From a virus (taxonomy: Duplodnaviria > Heunggongvirae > Uroviricota > Caudoviricetes): DNA of 64,000 nt. Positions 37,645 through 46,738 of the stretch are shown here, one piece after another. Below the pieces are notes generated by a model, which searched no databases, had not been told where the DNA came from, and saw only the letters and a program-made list of their open reading frames with translations. How positions within the stretch are numbered: the first letter of the stretch is position 1; every line of letters starts with the position of its first letter. The stretch covers positions 39,828 through 103,827 of IMG/VR virus record IMGVR_UViG_3300015262_000002, one strand, 5' to 3'. The position numbers and the translations under genes are program-made.

Positions 37645-38553
37645 TTGAAAATTAGCAATCTGATCAAAGCTTCCGCACTATCACTGGCTGCAACACTCAT
37701 GGTTGGTTGTGGTGAGCGAGTTGAAGTACCACCGGGTTTTGTTGGCAAGATCATGACGAAGGATGGTTATCAAGAAGGTTTGATTCCGACTTCGAAACTT
37801 CGGTTGTCACCATGCATGAACTACTGTGATCGAATGGTCATCATGGACAACACGGATAAGAGCTATGTCGAGCCAATGGAAATCTTCATTCCAGCTGACA
37901 AGCTGAACATCAAGGTTGACCTTCGTGCTACTCTGGCTGTTGATCCACAACGTGCTGAGCCTTTGTTCAACAAGCTTCCACAGGTTACACAAGGTGATCA
38001 ACTGTCAGTAATCTCTGGTGAGAGTATCTACAACACTTACGGTAAGCAGGTGCTGCAAGCTGAAGTTCGATCTTATCTGACCAAGTACACCATTTCGGAA
38101 ATTGCTTCCAATGGTGAGAAGATCAACGCTGACATTCAAGTACTGTTGTCGAAAGTAATGGGTGACCGTACACCGTTTACTGTTCGATATGCTGGTCTGA
38201 CTAACATCAAGTATCCAGAAATCATTACTCAGGCTCAAGAGAACAGTGCAAAACGTCGCGAAATGATTGCTCAGGAAGAAGCACAACTGGAAGTAAGTAA
38301 GGTTCAGCTGTCTCGTGAACTGCAAGAAGCTAAAATGCAACGTGCAATTGACAAAGAGAAAGCTGAGACTGAAGCACAAGCACAACTTGTACTGGCAGCT
38401 GCTGTAGATCCACGATCCTTGCGCATCAAAGAGCTTGAGATTGAAAAGATCAAAGCTGAAGCTTGGGATGGTGCATACCCTAAAACAATGGTTTTCGGTA
38501 GCAATGGTCAAGGTGCTTCGATGATTATGGACATGCGTGACAACAGCAAGTAA
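37645..38553 (+). CDS. SPFH (band-7/prohibitin/HflKC-like) domain lipoprotein
   Basis: TTG start with an AGGAG SD. A signal peptide ends in lipobox LMVGC. An SPFH-like core is followed by an Ala/Glu/Gln-rich coiled-coil C-terminus. Confidence 0.55.
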   Translation: MKISNLIKASALSLAATLMVGCGERVEVPPGFVGKIMTKDGYQEGLIPTSKLRLSPCMNYCDRMVIMDNTDKSYVEPMEIFIPADKLNIKVDLRATLAVDPQRAEPLFNKLPQVTQGDQLSVISGESIYNTYGKQVLQAEVRSYLTKYTISEIASNGEKINADIQVLLSKVMGDRTPFTVRYAGLTNIKYPEIITQAQENSAKRREMIAQEEAQLEVSKVQLSRELQEAKMQRAIDKEKAETEAQAQLVLAAAVDPRSLRIKELEIEKIKAEAWDGAYPKTMVFGSNGQGASMIMDMRDNSK

Positions 38554-38607
38554 TATTGAATATGAGCGGCTGACTATATGCGGTCGCTCATTCACTAAGG
38601 AGTTGTA

Positions 38608-38922
38608 ATGGTTCTGCTACTTAACATCTTGGTTCCGCTTGTTGTAATTGCTTTGTTGTATCTTGCTTGGCGATTGAAGAACTGGCACCCAGCGTTGATT
38701 GCAATAGTCTTTGTAGTTGCATATGGTGCATTTCAACCAAGTTACATTCCAAAAGGTACAGTTAAACCACTTCCAAATCCTGAGTTCCACGTCAATGACT
38801 CACCAATGGTTGATCGACTGATGAAACCAAAGTCTGGTGCTGAATATGACGCAGAACGTAACAAGGCACTTGAAGAAATTAACACAAGCATTAACGAACA
38901 AATCAAATTGAATCCGAAGTAA
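38608..38922 (+). CDS. small membrane protein, possibly a short NfeD-like partner
   Basis: Two N-terminal TMDs and a soluble C-terminal domain, with the gene immediately downstream of the SPFH gene. Confidence 0.4.
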   Translation: MVLLLNILVPLVVIALLYLAWRLKNWHPALIAIVFVVAYGAFQPSYIPKGTVKPLPNPEFHVNDSPMVDRLMKPKSGAEYDAERNKALEEINTSINEQIKLNPK

Positions 38923-38925
38923 TGA

Positions 38926-38963
38926 GAGCCCTGCCCAATGCAACCATTGTGTGGGGCTTTTTC
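38926..38963 (+). terminator. terminator-like hairpin followed by a T-run
   Basis: GAGCCC...GGGGCTTTTT. Confidence 0.45.
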
Positions 38964-38981
38964 ACATCTGGTGGAAAGCTA

Positions 38982-39010
38982 TTGACAGAATTGAATTTCA
39001 ACAGTAGAAT
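38982..39010 (+). promoter_or_regulatory. sigma70 promoter, TTGACA-N17-TAGAAT
   Basis: Hexamers were read from the sequence. Confidence 0.5.
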
Positions 39011-39040
39011 CTGAATTCAATCAATTAAGAGGGAATTTGT

Positions 39041-39373
39041 ATGAAACGATTTATTGTCACAGGTGTTGGTGTATTGCTCACGGTTTCAGCATTAATGTTC
39101 AATCAAGCTCATGCCAATTCTTTGTGTGATTCGCAAAAAACTATGGCAGAAGAAACCATGCGATTTCGTCAATCTGGTGGCGCCCGTAGTGAGCTTGACG
39201 CTGTTGTATACTCTGAGCAAGGTCAAGCCATTGCCGACATGGCCTTTGCTCGTGGTGTGGTTCCTGAGTCGTCAAAACGCACAGCAATTAAGGGTTTTGC
39301 TGACTATGTTGAAGGTCTTTGTCAGAAAGTAACAAAATCGGAGCCAACAGGTGTTGCAGGTATTCGAACCTAA
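39041..39373 (+). CDS. secreted/periplasmic protein with a signal peptide ...AHA-NS
   Basis: An N-terminal hydrophobic signal with an AxA cleavage motif. Confidence 0.5.
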   Translation: MKRFIVTGVGVLLTVSALMFNQAHANSLCDSQKTMAEETMRFRQSGGARSELDAVVYSEQGQAIADMAFARGVVPESSKRTAIKGFADYVEGLCQKVTKSEPTGVAGIRT

Positions 39374-39409
39374 GTGTATACTGATCTCAAATCACAAAGG
39401 ATGCACGAC

Positions 39410-39598
39410 ATGACTACCGAAGAAATCAAGATTGCATTTGAAGAATGGTATACGGAAGAATACAGTTCTTCGATTCGTCGTGGGATGCGTGGTCGTGCAA
39501 GCATTCACCTACAAGAATATGAGGGTGAATACATTTCAGACCATGCCCGTAATGACTTCAAGGTGTGGACAGCAGCAATCAAGAGGATGATCAAATGA
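39410..39598 (+). CDS. hypothetical protein
   Basis: Start chosen 10 nt after the AAGGA SD. An alternative ATG is at 39401. Confidence 0.4.
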   Translation: MTTEEIKIAFEEWYTEEYSSSIRRGMRGRASIHLQEYEGEYISDHARNDFKVWTAAIKRMIK

Positions 39599-39843
39599 AA
39601 TACGTAGTTGTTCGAAATGAAGACGGTAAAGAAGAGTTTTTCATGTTCCCGAAACATATCAACCATGATGACTTCGCTGAAGTACTGAGCCACATCAAAG
39701 TGCATACCGGTTTCCGTGACTGGGAACGTCAGTATCGAGAACCTATTGCTGCGGGCTTCACAGATGGTAAGAAGTGCACAGGTTGTAGTGAAACACTTAA
39801 CCTCGACTCTCGTGGTCGTCTTGATGAAATGTTGATAGGGTGA
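39595..39843 (+). CDS. hypothetical protein
   Basis: ATGA overlap with the upstream gene. Confidence 0.45.
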   Translation: MKYVVVRNEDGKEEFFMFPKHINHDDFAEVLSHIKVHTGFRDWERQYREPIAAGFTDGKKCTGCSETLNLDSRGRLDEMLIG

Positions 39844-40067
39844 ATGAAATGAGCTTTACAGGACTTGGGCAACACACGAAACAACTGAGGTTGGACGCTG
39901 AACGTTATCACAAGCTTCGTTCATGGATGTCAAGTGGTGTACAAGAGGGTTGGGATGAGGTTACAAAGCTTGCCGCTGTTGCCCAATATCTTAGCTGGGA
40001 TGACTTCGACAGGCAGCTTGACAGCCTTCCTGAGTGCAATGTAGGTCTGTGTGAGGTACGGGTATGA
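39840..40067 (+). CDS. hypothetical protein
   Basis: ORF overlapping its neighbour. Confidence 0.4.
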   Translation: MNEMSFTGLGQHTKQLRLDAERYHKLRSWMSSGVQEGWDEVTKLAAVAQYLSWDDFDRQLDSLPECNVGLCEVRV

Positions 40068-40381
40068 ACTACGGTCTGAAAGAATACAAAGAACTTCTTG
40101 AGAAGAACCTTCGCGAGCTTAGTGATCCAATGTGTGTACCTTTCGGTATGGACCCTTTTAGTAATCAGGCGCTAGATTATCGTCAGGCTAAGATCGAGAG
40201 TATCAACTACGCACTTGAGATGCTTCCTGAAATCAAAGTACCAAAAGTACCGATGAAAGATCATGAATTCCGTGATCAAGTTAATGAATTGCTTATATTA
40301 ACTCGGACATATGGTCACACTCAACAACTTCGAACTCACCTGCGTTCATTCCTACTTAACTTCAAGGATAAGTGTAAATGA
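40064..40381 (+). CDS. hypothetical protein
   Basis: ORF overlapping its neighbour. Confidence 0.45.
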   Translation: MNYGLKEYKELLEKNLRELSDPMCVPFGMDPFSNQALDYRQAKIESINYALEMLPEIKVPKVPMKDHEFRDQVNELLILTRTYGHTQQLRTHLRSFLLNFKDKCK

Positions 40382-40638
40382 GTAGATTGAGATACCATGA
40401 GTTGGATCGTAGCGATGAACTGGAAATGATTCTGTCGAATCGCAAACTTCCGTATTACCAAAACGAAAGAGTTAAACTTGAAAAGACAGTCCTTGATGCC
40501 CAAGATAAACTTCAAGCTTATGACCTTTCTGTCAAACGTCAAGATCGTTGGATCAGGTTGTTGAAAGATTCATTGGTTCATCATTGGATTGATAATCCAG
40601 ATGCGTACATAAAAGAATGGGAAGCTAACAATGAGTGA
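40378..40638 (+). CDS. hypothetical protein
   Basis: ORF overlapping its neighbour. Confidence 0.45.
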   Translation: MSRLRYHELDRSDELEMILSNRKLPYYQNERVKLEKTVLDAQDKLQAYDLSVKRQDRWIRLLKDSLVHHWIDNPDAYIKEWEANNE

Positions 40639-40804
40639 TCAAGCATGGGCGATACAAGCAATGTTCAAATACAGGTTGCAAGTAGACTTTAGTAGGCGTA
40701 CAATTGAATGTCGTGGATTTAACCATGTTTTTCAATGGGACGATGTTGAAACTGACTTCTATCAAGCCTTACAAATTGCAATTTCAAACATTGAGAAATA
40801 TTGA
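40631..40804 (+). CDS. small ORF of 57 aa
   Basis: ATGA overlap with the upstream gene. Not in the ORF track. Confidence 0.3.
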   Translation: MSDQAWAIQAMFKYRLQVDFSRRTIECRGFNHVFQWDDVETDFYQALQIAISNIEKY

Positions 40805-40968
40805 TGATTAAATTAATTCGATTCCTGTTAGGTCTATGTAATCACAAGTGGGAAGTTTATGAAAAAGGTCCAGTTTCAGATAGATCGAAACCCAGTATGA
40901 TAATTGGGTTTTGGACAAGATCTAACTGTACAAAGTGTGGTAACCATAAGTATAAACAACATTTCTAA
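40804..40968 (+). CDS. small Cys/His-rich ORF of 54 aa with a putative Zn ribbon (CNHKW...CTKCGNH)
   Basis: Not in the ORF track. The Cys pattern was read from the translation. Confidence 0.3.
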   Translation: MIKLIRFLLGLCNHKWEVYEKGPVSDRSKPSMIIGFWTRSNCTKCGNHKYKQHF

Positions 40969-40976
40969 GGATTATC

Positions 40977-41204
40977 ATGAAATTTGATCTTACCAAGATT
41001 GACCTGCAAATGATGAAAGACATTGATAGTCTTGAAGACAACCATGGTAATAAAGGTGTTGTCTGGATGCGTGATGATTGGTTGTCGATGCGAGGTTATG
41101 CTTTCTATAGTGATCGTGCACAGTATGACTTTGCTGAGCTTGTTGCACAATTAAAAGAAGTCATGATCCACGAGGGTTATGAGTTTAACTGCGACAAATA
41201 CTAG
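40977..41204 (+). CDS. hypothetical protein
   Basis: ORF with an SD. Confidence 0.45.
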   Translation: MKFDLTKIDLQMMKDIDSLEDNHGNKGVVWMRDDWLSMRGYAFYSDRAQYDFAELVAQLKEVMIHEGYEFNCDKY

Positions 41205-41216
41205 AGGAGAGATTGT

Positions 41217-43127
41217 TTGACTGAAAGTTTGATTCAAAAGGTAATTAAACATTATCATCCTAAATATGATGGTAGTGACAAAATTCTATGCCCGTTCCAT
41301 AAAGAACATAGTCCATCATTCAACGTGTATCACCACCAGAATACTTATTACTGTTTCGGGTGTGGTGCTGGAAGTACGGTAATTGATTTTGTTGCAGACA
41401 GTGAAGGTTTGGACGTTAAGGTTGAGTTCAAGAAAGCTCGTGACATTACCTTGGGTATTCTTGGTTTAACAAATGAGCAATTTCAAGAGGAGAGAAAGAA
41501 AGTGAGTGATGGGCAAGTACAGACAATTGATTGTCTTCCAGCAATGAGTGATGAGGAAGTTAAAGCGTTCATTCAAAGCGCTCACCGGGAAATCAATGGA
41601 CGCAAAGTAAGTGGTTACAATGGTATGGGTTATCGTGGGATTAAAGATGAATATCTGAAGTTCTTCGGTCACCTAACTAAGAAAGATGACGATGGTAAAG
41701 TAATTAGTCGTCATTATCCTGAAACTAACACCAAAGGTAAGTTGGCTGGTTACAAATGCCGTAATCACCCTAAAGACTTCCGTTATGGTAATGTCGGTAG
41801 TACTGGTGGTAAGAACCAACTAAGTGGTCAGATTAAATACTCTGGTCATAACAAGTACATCTTGATCGTTGGTGGTGAAGAGGATAAAGTTGCAGCATAT
41901 CAGATGTTCGAAGAGAACCGTGCTGGTAAAGGTAACATTGCACCTGTTCATGTGGTGAGTCCAACATGTGGTGAGAACAGTGCAGTTAAGCAGATTGCTG
42001 CTCAGTATTCATTCTTTGACATGTATGAACAAATCATCATTGGTGTGGATAATGACGAAGCTGGACGTAAAGCAGCTGCTGACATTGCAGCAGTATTGCC
42101 GAAAGAGAAAGTTAAGGTAGTTGTCTGGACTGGTAAAGATCCAAACAAGATGTTGGAAGATGGGCTTGCCTCGACATTTGTTCGTGACTTCTATAATGCT
42201 AAACCATTGATTGCCAGTGGTATTAAAGAAAGTACTGATTCGATGGATTCTGTTCGTGAAGAACTGATGCGTCCACGTATTCAACTTCCACCAGAATGGA
42301 AAGCTGTACAAGATGCAATGAAAGGTGGTATTCGTCAGGGTTCTATTGTCAACATCATTGGTGACACATCCGTTGGTAAGTCCACACACGTTAACGGACT
42401 GAACTACTTCTGGATGTTTAACGCACCACAGAAAGTTGGTGTTGTAAGTTTGGAAATGACTGAAGGTCAATATACTCTTGACTTGCTTTCACTTCACCTT
42501 GAGAAGAACTTGGCATGGATTGGTGAAGGTGTTGATATTCTTGAGTATCTTGATCGTCCAGATGTTAAAGCACTGTATGACAACTTGCTTGTTGATGATA
42601 CTGGTCAACCACGTTATGCAATCTTGGATGAACGAGATGGTGACCTTAAACTGCTTGAGCGTCAGATTGAAAAACTGATTCACCAACACGGTTGCAAGAT
42701 CATTGTTATTGACGTACTGACCGACATTCTCCGTGGTGCTAACAGTGATATGCAAGAAGACCACATGCGGTGGCAGAAGCAGATTGTCAAGACAGGTGTT
42801 ACGATTGTAAACGTTCTACACACACGTAAACCTCAGAACTCAGATGGTTCGTGGCGGAAAGCATCAGAATATGATGCATTGGGTAGTGGTACGTTTGTGC
42901 AATCAGGTGCGTACAACATCGTTATCAGTCGGGATAAGATGAACCCTGATCCAATCATTCGTAACCTGACACATGTGGACCTTCCGAAGTGTCGTGGTGG
43001 TGAGACTGGTGAGATTATGCAACTGATCTATGACATCGAAACCCGTCAGACAATGGATTATAACAATTGGCTGAACAAACATATTGATAAGACATTGAAT
43101 CCACAAGTACCAGAAGTAGAGTTTTAA
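41217..43127 (+). CDS. bifunctional DNA primase (DnaG Zn-finger plus TOPRIM) / DnaB-like helicase (T7 gp4-like)
   Basis: Zn finger CPFHKEHSPSFNV...CFGCGAG, TOPRIM ILIVGGEEDK...GVDNDEAG, and Walker A GDTSVGKST. TTG start with an AGAGGAGAG SD. Confidence 0.8.
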   Translation: MTESLIQKVIKHYHPKYDGSDKILCPFHKEHSPSFNVYHHQNTYYCFGCGAGSTVIDFVADSEGLDVKVEFKKARDITLGILGLTNEQFQEERKKVSDGQVQTIDCLPAMSDEEVKAFIQSAHREINGRKVSGYNGMGYRGIKDEYLKFFGHLTKKDDDGKVISRHYPETNTKGKLAGYKCRNHPKDFRYGNVGSTGGKNQLSGQIKYSGHNKYILIVGGEEDKVAAYQMFEENRAGKGNIAPVHVVSPTCGENSAVKQIAAQYSFFDMYEQIIIGVDNDEAGRKAAADIAAVLPKEKVKVVVWTGKDPNKMLEDGLASTFVRDFYNAKPLIASGIKESTDSMDSVREELMRPRIQLPPEWKAVQDAMKGGIRQGSIVNIIGDTSVGKSTHVNGLNYFWMFNAPQKVGVVSLEMTEGQYTLDLLSLHLEKNLAWIGEGVDILEYLDRPDVKALYDNLLVDDTGQPRYAILDERDGDLKLLERQIEKLIHQHGCKIIVIDVLTDILRGANSDMQEDHMRWQKQIVKTGVTIVNVLHTRKPQNSDGSWRKASEYDALGSGTFVQSGAYNIVISRDKMNPDPIIRNLTHVDLPKCRGGETGEIMQLIYDIETRQTMDYNNWLNKHIDKTLNPQVPEVEF

Positions 43128-43168
43128 TATAGGGGACTTCGGTCCCTTTGTTTTATTAGGAGAAGAGA

Positions 43169-43945
43169 ATGATAAAATATGTAACTCAAGTAGGACTTGT
43201 TAACATAACAACACATTATCTATTTGTGACATGGAGAATGATGAATGTCAGATGTTTCGATCCTGAGCATAAGGCTTATCACAGATATGGTGGTCGAGGT
43301 ATCTATGTGTCTAATGAATGGCGTTGGGATAATCCATTAGGATTCAAAAACTTTATTGGTGTGGTTGGTGATCGACCTTTTGGTACTACTTTGGATCGTG
43401 AAAACAACGATCAAGGGTACAGTCCTTTAAATTTCAGATGGGTTGATAAGAAAACACAGCAGAACAACATGGGTATTGGTATCTCAAATAACTCAGGCGA
43501 CATGGGTGTAAGTTGGTGTGACCGATATAACATGTGGGTGGCGCAAATTGTACTGAATGGTGAAACAAAACTAATTGGTAATTTCAATAAAGAGGATAAA
43601 GAATTAGCTGTTGAATTGTATAACAGTGTTAAAGCTGTTAAAATTGAGCAAGGTGACAACGCTGCACTCAAATACGCGAAATCTAGAATGAATTTAAGTC
43701 CAGTTGGTAAGGTTATTCGACGAAACAAGACATCTCAGTTTTATGGAGTAGCTTGGGATAAATCTCGTGACAAGTGGCGAGCCATGGTTTCGTACCGTGA
43801 GACAGAAACAGGTGAACTCATAAACAAGTTTATCGGTCGGTATGATTGTGAGAATACTGCTTATGAAAATGTAATTCTGTTTTTGGAGTGGGTTGACTCA
43901 AACGGGTTCTTCAAGAAAAAGGTAAAGGAGAAATGTAATGGTTGA
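43169..43945 (+). CDS. HNH homing-endonuclease-like protein with AP2-type DNA-binding repeats
   Basis: The WRMMNVRC...YHRYGGRGI motif is followed by repeats such as GVSWCDRYNMWVAQI and YGVAWDKSRDKWRAMVSY. The gene is inserted between the primase-helicase and the polymerase. Confidence 0.5.
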   Translation: MIKYVTQVGLVNITTHYLFVTWRMMNVRCFDPEHKAYHRYGGRGIYVSNEWRWDNPLGFKNFIGVVGDRPFGTTLDRENNDQGYSPLNFRWVDKKTQQNNMGIGISNNSGDMGVSWCDRYNMWVAQIVLNGETKLIGNFNKEDKELAVELYNSVKAVKIEQGDNAALKYAKSRMNLSPVGKVIRRNKTSQFYGVAWDKSRDKWRAMVSYRETETGELINKFIGRYDCENTAYENVILFLEWVDSNGFFKKKVKEKCNG

Positions 43946-46193
43946 TGACCTTATTGGTCTGTTGCCTGATGGTAAGACTGAATATTTTAAAAATGACATT
44001 TGCTACGATTTAGAAACCTATCCGAACTGCTTCACTTTCTCAGCTTGCTTTGCAAATGGTAAAGGTATGAGAACCTATGAAATATCAGACCGGAAAAATG
44101 AACTTGAGGAAATGCTTGAGTTCATGCGCAACATTGCCAAGAACGACTTTCGAATGATTTCTTTCAACGGTTTAGGGTTTGACTATCCAGTGCTACATGA
44201 CATTTTGGAGAAAAGTAAAGTAGCAAGGAAAGAAGGAAAGAAGCTCAACATTACAGCTTCTGAAATATACAGTAAAGTCTGCAAGATGTTCGAACAGATG
44301 AAGTTCAACAAGTTCGGTACTGCTGTTAGATCCAGCGAAGTAATGTTGAAACAGGTTGACCTGTTTAAGATAAAACATTTCGATAATAAAGCAAAGATGA
44401 CAAGTTTGAAAATGTTGGAATTCAACATGCGATCTAAGAACATCGAAGACTTACCATTTCCGGTCGGGATGCGTTTGAATGACCAGCAGAAAGATGTTCT
44501 GATTGAGTACAACAAACACGATGTTATGGAAACATTAAAGTTCTACTACAAGATTTTTGATGAAATCAAGATGAGGAATGAGCTTACTACTCAATTCGGT
44601 TTCGATTGTACAAATCTGAATGATACGAAATTGGGAAAGGAACTATTCGTACAACGGTTGGAAGCTGCCAAACCCGGTATTTGTTTCAAGATGGAAAAGA
44701 AAGGTCCACGAATGGTGCGTAAGATGCAACAGACCAAACGTGAGTCCATTGATCTAGGTGAGTGCATTCTGCCTTACATCAAGTTTGATCGTCCTGAGTT
44801 TCAAGCCATCCACAAGTGGTTTAGTGAACAGACCATCACAGAGACTAACGGTGTGTTCTCCGACTTGGAAGAGCATCAGTTGGGTGATGTGGCAAAGTAT
44901 GCGAACATGAAAGTCAAGATGAAGAAGTTCAATTGCCCAGAACAAGGTGCAAAGAACAAGCGATATGTTCCAACCGAGGCACATGTACTTGAGATGTTGG
45001 CTGAGCACCCACTTGGTTGGGTTGAAGCTGTTGAACTCAAGAGTCCAAAGGGTGCTGCAAGTTATTGGTTCTGCTGGAGAATTACAGCTGGCGTAGCTGG
45101 TATTGACGACAAGAAAACTAACAGTAGTCCACTCAATGTGGTTATTGATGGTTTCCAGTATGACTTTGGAACGGGTGGGATTCACGGGTGCAAGAAAGGT
45201 GTTACTGAGTCTGGTAATGGTAAACGTATTTACACACTTGACGTAAAGTCGTATTATCCAAACCTGAGTATCAAGAATAAGATTTACCCTGAGCACCTTG
45301 ACGTACTGTTCTGTAATGTGTATGGTGATTTGTATATCGAACGAAGTAGTCACCACAAGAAGTCTGCATTGAACAAAGCTTTGAAGCTGGCACTCAATGG
45401 TACGTATGGTGCTTCTGGTGATGAATTCAGTCCAATGTATGATCCTAAGTTCATGATGAGCATTACGATCAATGGTCAACTGTCTCTATGCATGTTGATG
45501 GAGAAACTGATTGCTCAAGTTGGTGCAGAAGTACTTATGTGCAACACCGATGGTTTTGAGTTTGTGGCTGCTGAAGATCCTAAGACAAAGAAACTCATTG
45601 ACAAGCTGGTAACTGAATGGGAGACTCTGACTGGATTGGAGATGGAAGGCGCTCTGTATGACAAGATGATGTCTGCCAACGTAAACAACTACATTGCTGT
45701 ATTCAAAGGTGGTGAAGTAAAGCGTAAAGGTGCATACGAGTTTAAAGACTTGGACTGGCATAAAAACCAATCGGCTTTGGTCGTCAAGATGGCTGCTGTG
45801 CACGAGCTGCTGGGGTTTGGAGACGCTGAAGACTTGATCCGTAAGCATGATGACCCTTTCGACTTTATGTTGCGTACAAAGGTTCCTAGGAGTTCTAAGC
45901 TAGTGTTGTTCAATGAAGAGACAGGAGAAGAGAAGCAGTTGCAAAACATCTGCCGATACTATCCATCGGTTCATGGTGGTAAGTTGATTAAACTCATGCC
46001 CGCATTGGAAGGTAAAGAGCTTGAGGGTGACCGTCGTATGTCCATTGATGCTAAATGGAATGTCACGCCTTGCAATGACATGGCTGACTTCAGTTGGGGT
46101 ATCAACTATGATTACTATGTGCAGGAAGCTAAGAAGCTTGTGGCTGCAATCCATGGTGATGTAGAGATTGATGACGAAGGTGAAGAAGACTGA
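43938..46193 (+). CDS. DNA polymerase with an N-terminal 3'-5' exonuclease domain and family-B-like motifs
   Basis: Exo I reads YDLETY and Exo II reads SFNGLGFDYPVL. Polymerase motifs read DVKSYYPNL (DxxSLYPS-like), KLALNGTYG (KxxxNSxYG-like) and MCNTDGFEF. Confidence 0.6.
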   Translation: MVDDLIGLLPDGKTEYFKNDICYDLETYPNCFTFSACFANGKGMRTYEISDRKNELEEMLEFMRNIAKNDFRMISFNGLGFDYPVLHDILEKSKVARKEGKKLNITASEIYSKVCKMFEQMKFNKFGTAVRSSEVMLKQVDLFKIKHFDNKAKMTSLKMLEFNMRSKNIEDLPFPVGMRLNDQQKDVLIEYNKHDVMETLKFYYKIFDEIKMRNELTTQFGFDCTNLNDTKLGKELFVQRLEAAKPGICFKMEKKGPRMVRKMQQTKRESIDLGECILPYIKFDRPEFQAIHKWFSEQTITETNGVFSDLEEHQLGDVAKYANMKVKMKKFNCPEQGAKNKRYVPTEAHVLEMLAEHPLGWVEAVELKSPKGAASYWFCWRITAGVAGIDDKKTNSSPLNVVIDGFQYDFGTGGIHGCKKGVTESGNGKRIYTLDVKSYYPNLSIKNKIYPEHLDVLFCNVYGDLYIERSSHHKKSALNKALKLALNGTYGASGDEFSPMYDPKFMMSITINGQLSLCMLMEKLIAQVGAEVLMCNTDGFEFVAAEDPKTKKLIDKLVTEWETLTGLEMEGALYDKMMSANVNNYIAVFKGGEVKRKGAYEFKDLDWHKNQSALVVKMAAVHELLGFGDAEDLIRKHDDPFDFMLRTKVPRSSKLVLFNEETGEEKQLQNICRYYPSVHGGKLIKLMPALEGKELEGDRRMSIDAKWNVTPCNDMADFSWGINYDYYVQEAKKLVAAIHGDVEIDDEGEED

Positions 46194-46202
46194 AAATAAA
46201 TG

Positions 46203-46230
46203 TTGACAGGCGCTCAGACTCAGGTAGAAT
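46203..46230 (+). promoter_or_regulatory. sigma70 promoter, TTGACA-N16-TAGAAT
   Basis: Hexamers were read from the sequence. It shares the 11-mer GTAGAATGGGC with the promoter at 35641. Confidence 0.5.
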
Positions 46231-46262
46231 GGGCGTCATCAACAAACAACTGGAGAGTTGAA

Positions 46263-46430
46263 ATGAATGTGGGTAATCTGGTAGTTATCACAGCTGCTCT
46301 ATTAATCTGGAGCCAAATTGTACAATGGACAATACCAACGTGGACAGGTCGTTCGTTGATTGGTGTCCTTGGAGCCATCGTAATCGGTGCCTCTTTCGCA
46401 ATCGCTGGTATTACGGTAGTTGGAGTTTGA
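46263..46430 (+). CDS. small membrane protein with two TMDs
   Basis: Start reassigned downstream of the promoter, with a GGAGAG SD. Confidence 0.4.
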   Translation: MNVGNLVVITAALLIWSQIVQWTIPTWTGRSLIGVLGAIVIGASFAIAGITVVGV

Positions 46431-46431
46431 A

Positions 46432-46689
46432 ATGAGTCAGTTAAATAAGTTGGTAGGTAAAAAGCTTCAAGTGTGTTCGTCGGTGGAGATTGGTGATATA
46501 CTCTGTGCAATGAATAATGAACAAGACACCCTTGATTTGGTTAAAGCTCTTGATTTGAGTATGGCAGACGGTGATTTCACTGTTACTTTGATCAAGGAAT
46601 TGTTTACATCACTTCGTGTTGACTTTGATCAAGATGAAGGTAAAGAGTTGATCAAACAATTGAAGAAAATCAACAAGAGTATTAAGTGA
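46432..46689 (+). CDS. hypothetical protein
   Basis: ATG has a GGAG SD. Confidence 0.45.
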   Translation: MSQLNKLVGKKLQVCSSVEIGDILCAMNNEQDTLDLVKALDLSMADGDFTVTLIKELFTSLRVDFDQDEGKELIKQLKKINKSIK

Positions 46690-46738
46690 TGAATGTAACA
46701 ATCAAAGGTAACATTCATCACTGACAGGAATTGGTGGT

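Noticed and set aside
43938-46193. Z-genome (DpoZ/PurZ) system
   Set aside because: No PurZ-, DatZ- or MazZ-like genes were seen in the window. The polymerase motifs look B-like rather than DpoZ (PolA).
46200-46262. ATG at 46200 as the start of the membrane protein
   Set aside because: The consensus promoter -35/-10 lies at 46203-46230, so a transcript starting after it cannot include this ATG. The start was moved to 46263, which has an SD.
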